35,657 nucleotides of DNA, taken from Candidatus Limnocylindrales bacterium. Its GTDB lineage: Bacteria > Chloroflexota > Limnocylindria > Limnocylindrales > CSP1-4. The position numbers and the translations under genes were made by a program. Positions 19,264 to 27,989 of the stretch are shown here, piece by piece. The notes under the pieces are model-generated. The model made no database searches, was not told the DNA's origin, and saw only the letters and a list, made by a program, of their open reading frames with translations. Every line of letters begins with the position of its first letter. The first letter of the stretch is position 1. The stretch spans positions 1 through 35,657 of the forward strand of contig JBBQFS010000003.1 of the NCBI GenBank assembly GCA_038322255.1, in the 5' to 3' direction.

Positions 19264-20889
19264 TCAGCGTGGGATGTCGGCGACCTGCTGCTGGGTGCCG
19301 CAGCGACGACAGAACCGCGCGCTGGCGGAGAGGGCGAGTCCACAAGAAGGACAAGCGCGCGCGGCGAGCGGCGCGGGGGCTGTGGGAACCGCGGGCAGCT
19401 TGGCGCCCCTGGGACCTGCCACGGGCAGCGCAGGCCACTCGGGCTCGCCGGCGGTAGCGGCCACCGCGGGCGCGGGCCAACTGAGTGGCGCGTCCACTGC
19501 CGAGGCCGGGAGCGGCTCTCCGATCGCCGTAGGGATCGGCTCGGCGGCCGCCGGTGACGGCCCCGCCCTGGCGGCCCGGGTCGCACCGGCGTTTTCGCGC
19601 TCGAACGCCGCAATCTCCTCGTCGAGGTTCAGCCCGGGCTTGAATGCCAGGGCGGCTTCGGCCGCAGCCTCGGCAATGGCGCGCTCGTCTGCCTCTGCGG
19701 CGGCCTGGGCCTCCGCGGCGGCGCGGGCTTCTGCGGCCGAGATGGCCGCGGCCGCGGCCTCTTCGTCCGCCAGGCGCTGCGCCTCGGCCTCGGCCTCTGC
19801 GGCAAGGCGAGCTTGTTCCTCGGCCAGACGCTGGGCCTCGGCCTCTGCGGCAAGGCGAGCTTGTTCCTCAGCGACACGCTGAGCCTCGGCCTCTGCGGCG
19901 ACCCGAGCTGCTTCCTCAGCGACACGCTGAGCCTCGGCCTCGGCCTCGGCGGCAAGGCGAGCTTGTTCCTCGGCCAGGCGCTGGGCCTCGGCCTCAGCGA
20001 GGGCACGAGCGGCTGCTTCGGCTTCTTCGGCCAGCCGCTGGGCCTCGGCCGCCGCAGCGGCTGCCGCTTTCGCCTCCGCGACCGTGAGAGCTTGCTTTTC
20101 GGCCTCGGCCAGGGCGCTCGCAGCTGCCCGCGCCTCCTCCGCGACGCGCTGGGCTTCCGCCTCGGCGATGGCCCGAGCCTTCGCCTCCGCGGCTGCCTTG
20201 GCTTCGGCCTCCGCCAGCGCTAGAGCCTCCGCCTCGGCCTCTTCCGCCGCGCGCTGGGCCTCGGCCTCGGCAAGGGCGCGCGCCTCGGCTTCGGCGGCGG
20301 CCTGCGCCTCGGCCTCCGCAAGAGCGGCCGCCTCGGCCGCCTCCGCTTTGGCCGCGTCCGCCGCGGCTGCGGCATCGGCCTGCGCCGCGGCCCGCTGATC
20401 CGCTTCGGCTTGGGTGCGCGCCTGGGCGCGAAGATCCGCAAGGTCGACGGCTTCGAGCGTCGTCGGGTCGAGCCGCATCGGATGGAGCAGGATCGGAGCA
20501 GGCACCGGGGCCAGGTCCATCGGCGGCAGCGCGACGGCGGTGTCCATGCGCGTCTCCGGCGGGAGCGACTCGGGCGTCGGTGCGCAGCTCAAACAACGGC
20601 CCTCGACAACGTTCCAGCAGTCAGCGCACGTGTATTGGCGGCAGGACAGGCAGAAGTTGAACGTCCGATGGAAGGCCTCGAGCGCGGTCGCAGTCGAGCG
20701 CTGGTCCTGCTCGGAGCGGGCGACGGCGAACGCCTCGTCGAGCGACGTCTCGGAGTCGCTGACGAAATGCCTGATCCCGCGGCTAAGCGTGCCGAAGGCT
20801 CGCAGCGGCTTCCGCCGGCTGGCAACCGCCTCAAAGGTGTAGCGAGTTCCACAGCGCTCGCAAAAGGACTCGGTCAGGATCTCGGTCAT
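19264..20889 (-). CDS. Zinc-finger / Ala-Glu coiled-coil / zinc-ribbon protein
   Basis: ATG 20889 with SD GGGGA. N-terminal CERC and CLSC-x4-CADC-WN-x5-CLSC, a long AEAEAQR(L/V)AEE helical region, and C-terminal CPSC-x10-CRRC. Confidence 0.75.
   Translation of the reverse strand: MTEILTESFCERCGTRYTFEAVASRRKPLRAFGTLSRGIRHFVSDSETSLDEAFAVARSEQDQRSTATALEAFHRTFNFCLSCRQYTCADCWNVVEGRCLSCAPTPESLPPETRMDTAVALPPMDLAPVPAPILLHPMRLDPTTLEAVDLADLRAQARTQAEADQRAAAQADAAAAADAAKAEAAEAAALAEAEAQAAAEAEARALAEAEAQRAAEEAEAEALALAEAEAKAAAEAKARAIAEAEAQRVAEEARAAASALAEAEKQALTVAEAKAAAAAAAEAQRLAEEAEAAARALAEAEAQRLAEEQARLAAEAEAEAQRVAEEAARVAAEAEAQRVAEEQARLAAEAEAQRLAEEQARLAAEAEAEAQRLADEEAAAAAISAAEARAAAEAQAAAEADERAIAEAAAEAALAFKPGLNLDEEIAAFERENAGATRAARAGPSPAAAEPIPTAIGEPLPASAVDAPLSWPAPAVAATAGEPEWPALPVAGPRGAKLPAVPTAPAPLAARACPSCGLALSASARFCRRCGTQQQVADIPR
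19765..19997 (-). repeat. Coding tandem repeats of 48 and 54 nt (16 and 18 aa units, AEAEAQRxAEEQARLA)
   Basis: GCGGCAAGGCGAGCTTGTTCCTC recurs three times, with further degenerate copies. Confidence 0.8.
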
Positions 20890-21054
20890 CGGCTCCCCGT
20901 GGGTCAGGACCCGCCGCCTGCGGATCGGGCCCGCGCAGATCATACCGGCCGTTCGCCAGCGCTCCTCCGGGCCGCTGGTACCGCAGGCCGGGGACAGGGG
21001 TACCGATGGCCGGCGCGAATGGTCGAAGGGGAGGCCTCTGCTAGGCTCCTGCCC

Positions 21055-21807
21055 GTGCGGGCCATGTCACGCGTGGAGCGCTTTTTCGAGCGGCTCGTCG
21101 AACGCCCCAGCGCGCGGCTGTTCCGGACCCGGCTGCTGCCGGTCCAGGTCCTGCGGCGGATCGAGCGGGCGATGGAGGCCGAACGGGGCGCCGACGGGCG
21201 ACGAGGCCTCGTCCCGGACCAGTACACGGTCAGGCTCCATCCCGCGGATCTCGCGGGCCTCGTCCCGGCGGAAGAGGTGGCGAGCGAGCTCGCTTCGGGC
21301 GCCCTGAGCTTTGCACGCAGCCACGGGTATGCGCTGCGCGAGCGACCGAGAGTCACGCTCCAGCCCGATTCGGCGCTCCGGCCCGGCGAGGCCGAAGTCG
21401 ACGCGTTCGTCTCGCCCGTGCCCGATGCCGTCGTCGCCGATGATCGGGGCGAAGGCGGGACGCGCGTCTTCGAGGTGCCGGTCGTCCGCGCCCCGGAGGT
21501 GGTCATCGAGGTCCGCGAGCCCGGCGGCGCCCCGCGACGGATCCCGGTCTCGGGTGCGCCGATCCGCATCGGGCGAGCACCGGAGTGCGAGCTCGTGCTG
21601 AAGGATTCGCGCGTCTCGCGCCGCCACGCTCGCCTGCATGCACGCGATGGCGTGCTCGTCCTGACCGATCTCGGCTCGACCAATGGCACTCTCGTCAACG
21701 GCCATCGCGTGACCGAGCTGGTCCTCGGCGCCGGCGATCGGATTCAGATCGGAGAGACGAGCCTCGTGGTCGAGGCCGCACCGGCCGGGGCGGGCGCGCG
21801 CCCCTAG
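21055..21807 (+). CDS. fhaA: FhaA-like protein (DUF3662 plus FHA domain)
   Basis: VERFFERLVE..LLPVQVLRRIERAME..VPDQYTVRLHPAD is DUF3662-like. FHA motifs IGR, VSRRHA, DLGSTNGT. Start at GTG 21055 or ATG 21064. Confidence 0.85.
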   Translation: MRAMSRVERFFERLVERPSARLFRTRLLPVQVLRRIERAMEAERGADGRRGLVPDQYTVRLHPADLAGLVPAEEVASELASGALSFARSHGYALRERPRVTLQPDSALRPGEAEVDAFVSPVPDAVVADDRGEGGTRVFEVPVVRAPEVVIEVREPGGAPRRIPVSGAPIRIGRAPECELVLKDSRVSRRHARLHARDGVLVLTDLGSTNGTLVNGHRVTELVLGAGDRIQIGETSLVVEAAPAGAGARP

Positions 21808-21821
21808 CCGCGCACCCTGCC

Positions 21822-22259
21822 ATGGATGCCGCCGTTCTCGCGATATGGGTCCTCCGGCTGATCTTCCTCGCGATACTCTACGGCTTCCTGTGGATGGTCG
21901 TGCGGGCGCTCGTGCGCGATCTCCGGTCCGCGGCGCGGGAGCCGACGATCGAGCTGGGGCGATTGGTGGTCGTCGCCTCGCCGAGCGGCGAGCCCGCCCC
22001 CAGCGCCGTCTTCGCCCTCGACGCGATCACCTCGCTCGGTCGCGACGTCAACAACTCCATCGTGCTCGAGGACGAGTTTGTCTCCGCGACCCACGCCGCG
22101 CTGACCTATCGCGGCCGCGCCTGGTATGTCGAAGACATCGGCTCGACGAACGGCACCTTCGTGAACGGCAGCCAGGTCGACGGCCTGTCGCCGATCGCGT
22201 TCGGCGACGAGATCCAGATCGGTCAGGTCCGCCTGCGCCTCGAGCGGGCCCGTGCGTGA
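21822..22259 (+). CDS. fhaB: FhaB/FipA-like membrane-anchored FHA protein
   Basis: N-terminal TM LRLIFLAILYGFLW..RDL. FHA motifs LGR, VSATHA, DIGSTNGT. Confidence 0.85.
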   Translation: MDAAVLAIWVLRLIFLAILYGFLWMVVRALVRDLRSAAREPTIELGRLVVVASPSGEPAPSAVFALDAITSLGRDVNNSIVLEDEFVSATHAALTYRGRAWYVEDIGSTNGTFVNGSQVDGLSPIAFGDEIQIGQVRLRLERARA

Positions 22260-22280
22260 CGAGCAGGACATGAGGGCCGG

Positions 22281-23756
22281 GTGACGGCCGCCCCGCCGCG
22301 CACCGCGACCCGGGCTCCATCCGGGCTGCGCGTCGTCGGGCGCGAGGCCCGCCGCTTCCGGGTCACGCCCCGCTTCCGCGGGCGGGAGCTCGGCCTGCTC
22401 GTTCTCGTTGCCCTGTCGCTGTACATCGGCGCGATCTCGCTTGGTGCGACCGAGCGGTTCCGAGCCGCACAGCTCGCCGGCGGCGGCCCGTTCGACATGC
22501 TCACGCCCGCGAGGCCGGAGCTGTTCGCGATCTACATCGGCGCGTTGTTCGCGGTCCACGCCGCGCTCGTGGTCGCCGGGCGCCGAACCGACCAGATCCT
22601 GCTCCCGACCGTCGGGCTCCTCGGCGGCATCGGGCTGCTCCTCATGGAGCGACTGCCCCAGTCGCTCGCCGGCAGCCTCGGAGGCCTGGCGCAGACGCAG
22701 CTCATCTGGCTCGTAATCGGGCTGGCCATCGTCGCCGGGCTCGCGACGTCGGTCCGGAACGACATCTGGCTGCGTCGCTACAAGTACACCTGGGCCGCGG
22801 TCGGCGTCGGGCTGCTGGTGCTGACATTCCTGGTCGGGCGGGACGTCAACGGCGCCCGGCTGACGCTCTCGATCGGCCCGCTCAGCGGCCAGCCCTCGGA
22901 GCTGCTCAAGGTCATTCTCGTCGTGTTCCTCGCCGGCTACCTGTCGGAGAATCGCCGGCTGCTGGTCGAGGAATCGACGCGAATCGGGCCGGTCCGCCTG
23001 CCGCCGCTGCCATATCTCGCGCCGATGGTCGCAATGTGGGCGATCGCTCTCGGTATCGTCATCGTCCAGCGGGACCTTGGGGCGGCCCTGCTGTTCTTCG
23101 CCGTCTTCCTGCTGCTGCTGTACGTCTCGACCGCCCGCGTCAGCTTCGTCGTCCTGGGCCTCGTCGCCTTCGTCCTCGGGGCGGGAGCGCTGTATTTCCT
23201 GTTCGGCCACGTTCGGACACGGATCGACATCTGGCTCGATCCGTTCGTGGATCCCTCCGGCGCCGGCTACCAGGTGATCCAGGCCCTGCATGCGTTCGCA
23301 CGGGGTGGCCTGATCGGGACGGGGTTGGGCGCCGGGCTGCCACTGATCGCCGGCCGGCCCCCGATTCCCGCGCTGCATACGGACTTTCCGTTCGCCGCCC
23401 TGGGTGAGGAGCTGGGCCTCGTGGGGATCCTGGCGATCCTCGGGCTGTACCTCGTGCTGGTCCAGCGAGGGCTGCGCATCGCCTCGGCGGCGCAGGACGA
23501 GTTCCGCGCGATTCTCGCCGCGGGCCTGTCGCTCGTGATCGGCGTCCAGGCGTTCATCATCGCCGGCGGCAATCTGAAGCTCATCCCCCTGACGGGGATC
23601 ACGCTGCCGTTCGTCAGCTACGGCGGCTCGTCGCTGATCGCGAATGCGGTGATCGTCGGGCTGCTGATCGCGCTGTCCGAACGGACACGCGAGCCACTCC
23701 CGCCTCCGCGGCGACTTGGCCGAATCCGTCGGATGCTCGATCGAGGGGCGGCCTGA
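22281..23756 (+). CDS. rodA: SEDS-family peptidoglycan glycosyltransferase (RodA/FtsW)
   Basis: NGARL..QPSELLK, QRDLG, WLDP..GYQ, HTDF, IPLTGITLPFVSYGGSS. Confidence 0.93.
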   Translation: MTAAPPRTATRAPSGLRVVGREARRFRVTPRFRGRELGLLVLVALSLYIGAISLGATERFRAAQLAGGGPFDMLTPARPELFAIYIGALFAVHAALVVAGRRTDQILLPTVGLLGGIGLLLMERLPQSLAGSLGGLAQTQLIWLVIGLAIVAGLATSVRNDIWLRRYKYTWAAVGVGLLVLTFLVGRDVNGARLTLSIGPLSGQPSELLKVILVVFLAGYLSENRRLLVEESTRIGPVRLPPLPYLAPMVAMWAIALGIVIVQRDLGAALLFFAVFLLLLYVSTARVSFVVLGLVAFVLGAGALYFLFGHVRTRIDIWLDPFVDPSGAGYQVIQALHAFARGGLIGTGLGAGLPLIAGRPPIPALHTDFPFAALGEELGLVGILAILGLYLVLVQRGLRIASAAQDEFRAILAAGLSLVIGVQAFIIAGGNLKLIPLTGITLPFVSYGGSSLIANAVIVGLLIALSERTREPLPPPRRLGRIRRMLDRGAA

Positions 23757-25345
23757 TGGCCGGCACGACCTCGGGGTCGTCCGGCCGCGGCGCGCAGCCG
23801 TCCGCCGGGCGGCCGGCGGCCCACGCTTATCCCGTAACGGGCTCGGCGCCGTCGTGGGCCGGCCGGCGGCTCGGGATCGGGGTCGCGCTTGGCCGCGTCT
23901 CGCTCGTGCTGGCTTTCCTGTTCGGCGGGCTCGCGGTTGGGGCGGGGTACTGGCAGGTCATCGAATCCTCGAACCTCAGCCGCTCGCCCGACGACGCAGC
24001 CGTCATCGCGGCGGCAAGAAACGTGCTGCGCGGCGAGATCTTCGACCGGGACGGCGTGCGGCTCGCGTGGAACAAGCGCGACCAGAATGGCGAGCCGTAC
24101 CGGGCCTACGCCTCGCCCGTCCTCTCCGGTGTCATCGGCTATGCCTCGCGCCAGTACGGCCCGGCCGGTCTCGAAGCCGCCTGGAACGCCCAGCTCAGCG
24201 GCGCCGCGTCGGCCGACCCGTTGCGCGACCTGACGCGCAAGTTCCGGGCCGACCCGTCCGAGCCGCAGAACCTGAAGACGACGCTCGTGCTCGCGCTGCA
24301 GCAGGCTGCCGTCGATGCGCTCGGCAAGAACCGCGGCGCCGTGGTCATGCTCAACCCCCGAACCGGCGAGGTCTTGGCGCTCGCATCGACGCCGACCTTC
24401 AGCGCCTCCGACGTCGCCAATCCCAAGACCGCGGCGACGACGTTCGACAAGCTCCGGTCCGACGATCGCCTGCCGCTCCTCCCACGGGCCACCAGCGGGC
24501 AGTACGTGCCGGGCTCGGTCTTCAAGATCGTCACCTCGATCGCCGCTCTCGGCAGCGGCGCCGTCTCGCCCGACACGACCTACGCCGACCAGCCGACGTC
24601 CGAGCGCAGCGGCTGGCCGATCGATGGCTTCCGAGTTCGCGACGGCCACCACCTGGTCACCGGCTCGAAGGCTCTGAAGTTCAGGGAGGCCGTCGAGGCG
24701 TCCTGCAACATCTGGTTCGCCGAGACGGGCGTTCGGACGGGGGGCGCGGCGCTCGTCGAGTGGTCGTCCCGCCTCGGGTTCGGGAGCCAGATCCCATTCG
24801 ACCTCCTGACGAAGCCTTCGCAGGTGACCAACGGCGGCGGGTCGCTCGGTGGCGGTTTCAGTGACCGCGTCGAGCTGGCGAACGCGGCGTACGGCCAGGC
24901 CGAGACGCTCGTCACGCCGCTCCAGATGGCCCTCGTCGCCTCGACCGTGGCCAACGGCGGCGTGATGATGCGGCCCCACCTCGTGCTCCAGGCGACGGGC
25001 AAGTCCGGCACGACGACGATCGACCCGTCCGTGCTCCAGAGCGTCGTCGCGCCCGGCGTCGCAACCGAGATCGGGGCGGCTATGCGGCTCGCGGTCAGTG
25101 GCACCATCGGCCGGGTCTATACGAACGGGGCGGCGGTGCGCGGTCTCGCCGTGGCCGGCAAGTCCGGCACCGCCGAGCTCGACCCGGGCAGCTCGCCGCA
25201 CTCGTGGTTCATCGGGTTCGCGCCCTACGAGGACCCCCAGATTGCGCTGGCCGTGCTGGTCGAAGGCTCGGGTGGCGGCTCGGTCAAAGCCTCGCCGATC
25301 GCGGGCGACCTCTTCCGCGCCTGGCAGGCATGGGCCAAGCGATGA
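23756..25345 (+). CDS. pbpA: Class B penicillin-binding protein (PbpA-like)
   Basis: TM helix, RGEIFDRDG, SVFK (SxxK), SCN (SxN), KSG (KTG). TGATG coupling to rodA. Confidence 0.92.
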   Translation: MAGTTSGSSGRGAQPSAGRPAAHAYPVTGSAPSWAGRRLGIGVALGRVSLVLAFLFGGLAVGAGYWQVIESSNLSRSPDDAAVIAAARNVLRGEIFDRDGVRLAWNKRDQNGEPYRAYASPVLSGVIGYASRQYGPAGLEAAWNAQLSGAASADPLRDLTRKFRADPSEPQNLKTTLVLALQQAAVDALGKNRGAVVMLNPRTGEVLALASTPTFSASDVANPKTAATTFDKLRSDDRLPLLPRATSGQYVPGSVFKIVTSIAALGSGAVSPDTTYADQPTSERSGWPIDGFRVRDGHHLVTGSKALKFREAVEASCNIWFAETGVRTGGAALVEWSSRLGFGSQIPFDLLTKPSQVTNGGGSLGGGFSDRVELANAAYGQAETLVTPLQMALVASTVANGGVMMRPHLVLQATGKSGTTTIDPSVLQSVVAPGVATEIGAAMRLAVSGTIGRVYTNGAAVRGLAVAGKSGTAELDPGSSPHSWFIGFAPYEDPQIALAVLVEGSGGGSVKASPIAGDLFRAWQAWAKR

Positions 25346-25545
25346 GCTCCGAGCCCGAGGACCCTGGTCCGCGTCCGCTGGTCGAGCGCGTCGGCCTGGG
25401 CGCGATCGCGCTGGTCATGGCCGGACTCTTCGGCACCCTTTCGGTTGCCGCGCTGGCGAGCGGCGAAGTCTTCGTCGGGGTGATGGCCGGGAGCGGCGCA
25501 TTGATGACCCTGTGGGCCGCGGCCAGCTCCCTTCGGCGTGGCTGA
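25342..25545 (+). CDS. Small (67 aa) two-TM membrane protein
   Basis: ATGA overlap with the pbpA stop. MSSEPEDPGPRPLVERVGLGAIALVMAGLF...GALMTLWAAASSLRRG. Confidence 0.65.
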   Translation: MSSEPEDPGPRPLVERVGLGAIALVMAGLFGTLSVAALASGEVFVGVMAGSGALMTLWAAASSLRRG

Positions 25546-25659
25546 TGGGCTGACGCGCAACAGCCGAGAACCTTTCTGGCAGGCCCGGCGTACCATCCCG
25601 TGACACTTGTCGAGGGCCGACCAGCGTGGGGAGTGCGCGGGTCGCTGAGGGGAAGCCAC

Positions 25660-26664
25660 ATGAGCCTGATTCAACAGACCGGGGACCGCGTCCTCGCGAA
25701 CGTCGAGCGCGTGATCGTCGGGAAGCACAACGAGGTGCGGTTCGCCCTCGTCGCGCTCCTGTGTCGAGGGCACCTGCTGATCGAGGACGTCCCGGGAACG
25801 GGCAAGACGGTCCTGGCCAAGGCGATCGCGAAGAGCCTCGGCTGCTCCTTCCGGCGGATCCAGTTCACCCCGGACCTGCTGCCGTCCGACGTGACCGGCC
25901 TGTCGATCTACAACCAGAAGAACCAGGAGTTCGAGTTCCGGCCGGGCCCGATCATGAGCCAGGTCGTCCTCGCCGACGAGATCAACCGGGCCACGCCCAA
26001 GACCCAGTCCGCGCTCCTTGAGTGCATGGAGGAGCGTCAGGCAACGGTCGACGGGACGACCTACATGATGCCGGACCCGTTCCTCGTCATCGCCACCCAG
26101 AACCCGATCGAGTACGAAGGCACGTTCGCCCTGCCCGAGGCCCAGCTGGATCGCTTCATGCTGCGCATCCGCCTCGGCTACCCGCAGCCGGTCGAGGAGG
26201 TCGTGATACTCGATGAGCAGAAGCGCCAGCACCCGATCGACGACCTCGAGGTCGTGTGCTCGGTCGAGGAGCTCCAGGAGATGCAGCGCGCCGTCCGCGA
26301 AATCTACGTCGACCCGACCGTCGCCGAGTACATCGTCCGGCTGGTCAACGGCACGCGCGACCACGGCGATATCTACCTGGGCGCCTCGCCCCGCGGCTCG
26401 ATCGCGCTGTACCGGGCGGGTCAGGCGCTCGCAGGACTGCTGGGCCGCGACTACGTCATCCCCGACGACGTGAAGGCCCTCGCCGAGGCGGCGCTCGCGC
26501 ATCGGCTGATCATCAAGACGAGCTCATCCATTCACGACGTCCAGCCGGCCCAGGTCATCCGCGAGCTGCTCGAGACAACGTCGGTCGGCGCGACGCGCGA
26601 GACCGTCGTGCCCGGCCTGACCGCGACCAAGGTTGCCGTCCGGTCGCGCGTGGACGAATCTTGA
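25660..26664 (+). CDS. moxR: MoxR-family AAA+ ATPase
   Basis: [61 protein letters not shown]. Confidence 0.95.
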   Translation: MSLIQQTGDRVLANVERVIVGKHNEVRFALVALLCRGHLLIEDVPGTGKTVLAKAIAKSLGCSFRRIQFTPDLLPSDVTGLSIYNQKNQEFEFRPGPIMSQVVLADEINRATPKTQSALLECMEERQATVDGTTYMMPDPFLVIATQNPIEYEGTFALPEAQLDRFMLRIRLGYPQPVEEVVILDEQKRQHPIDDLEVVCSVEELQEMQRAVREIYVDPTVAEYIVRLVNGTRDHGDIYLGASPRGSIALYRAGQALAGLLGRDYVIPDDVKALAEAALAHRLIIKTSSSIHDVQPAQVIRELLETTSVGATRETVVPGLTATKVAVRSRVDES

Positions 26665-26711
26665 TCGGCGGGATCGGCTAGGAGTTCGGTCGAGCTCGGA
26701 GTCAGGGCCCC

Positions 26712-27989
26712 ATGTTCCGTCGCTTCCAGCTGCTCCTGCTCGGCGCGATCCTCGTCGTCGCGGCGTTCTCGACCGGGTTCCCTTTCCTGTTCTACCTCGT
26801 CTATCTCGGCGTCCTGGTCGTCGGCGGCTCGTACGTCCTGACCCGGCTGGGCCTGGCCGATCTCGAGGCGGGCTACGCCGTCAACCAGCTCTCAGGCCAC
26901 GTCGGCGACCGCATCAAGGTGACCTACACGCTCCGAAACACCAGCCGGATCCCGAAGCCCTGGCTCGAGATCCACAACCCGACCTCGCTGCCCGCCGGCC
27001 TGCCCGGCCGGGCGATCTCGCTCGGCGGCCACACCGAACGCTCGTGGCTGATCCGCACGCCGCTGACGCGCCGCGGCCACTTCAGGATCGAACCGCTCCA
27101 GATCCGGACCGGTGACCCGTTCGGGTTCTTCGAGTCGTCCGCGTCGGTCGGGTCGGGGATCAACGTCATCGTCTACCCGCGCCTCGAGCCCATCCCGCTG
27201 TGGCGCTTGCCCGCGGCGAACCTCGACGGCAGCCACGCGATGCGCGAGCGGACGCTGCAGTCGACGCCGCTGGCGACGACCGTACGACCGTGGGCCCCGG
27301 GCGACGCCTTCAATCGCATCCACTGGAAGTCGACCGCCCGCCACGGTGAGATCCAGGTCAAGGAGTTCGACCTGGAGCAGACGGCCGATGCCTGGCTCTT
27401 CCTCGACCTGGAGCGCGGCATCCAGCTGGGCTCCGGCGACGAGTCGACCGTCGAGGTCGCCGTGCGCGCCATGGCAGCGCTCGCCGACAAGGCCCTGGTC
27501 GAGAACCGGGCCGTGGGCATGACGATCAATGGGCATCGCCTGGCCCAGCTCCAGCCGGATCGCGGCGGGCGGCAGCACCTCAAGATCATGCAGCTCCTCG
27601 CTGCGGTCGAGGGCGATGGCTCCACGCCGCTGTCGGAAGCGCTGGTCACCAGCATCCCGCGGATCCGTCGCGGGATGACTGCCGTCGTCGTCACTGCCTC
27701 GCTGGATCGAGGTTGGGTGAAGCCCTTGGCCGCCCTGCGGTCGCGTGGCGTCGCCTGCGTCGTGGTCTCGTTGGACATGCCGGCCTTCGAGCGCCGGGAG
27801 CAGGAGGAAGCCGTGCGCCGAACCGGCGTGGGCTGGGTCTTCTCGTCCGGGCAGGAGAGTTCCCCGATCCCCGAGACCTCCGCCGTCGCGCAGCAGTGGC
27901 GGGCCCTCCGCCACGCCCTGGCGGAGTTCGACATCCCTGTTTACCGAGTGGGGCCGACCACGCCGCTGTCCGAGGCCCTCGCGTCATGA
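26712..27989 (+). CDS. DUF58-domain protein
   Basis: N-terminal TM helices, RRG..DPFGFF, VYP, VRPWAPGDAFNRIHWKSTAR..VKEF. Follows moxR. Confidence 0.9.
   Translation: MFRRFQLLLLGAILVVAAFSTGFPFLFYLVYLGVLVVGGSYVLTRLGLADLEAGYAVNQLSGHVGDRIKVTYTLRNTSRIPKPWLEIHNPTSLPAGLPGRAISLGGHTERSWLIRTPLTRRGHFRIEPLQIRTGDPFGFFESSASVGSGINVIVYPRLEPIPLWRLPAANLDGSHAMRERTLQSTPLATTVRPWAPGDAFNRIHWKSTARHGEIQVKEFDLEQTADAWLFLDLERGIQLGSGDESTVEVAVRAMAALADKALVENRAVGMTINGHRLAQLQPDRGGRQHLKIMQLLAAVEGDGSTPLSEALVTSIPRIRRGMTAVVVTASLDRGWVKPLAALRSRGVACVVVSLDMPAFERREQEEAVRRTGVGWVFSSGQESSPIPETSAVAQQWRALRHALAEFDIPVYRVGPTTPLSEALAS

Noticed and set aside
19765-20400. Repeats as a CRISPR array
   Set aside because: They are in-frame coding repeats with no unique spacers and there are no cas genes.
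20410-21054. Long N-terminal extension of the FhaA ORF
   Set aside because: Mostly antisense to the zinc coiled-coil gene; DUF3662-like sequence starts near 21064.
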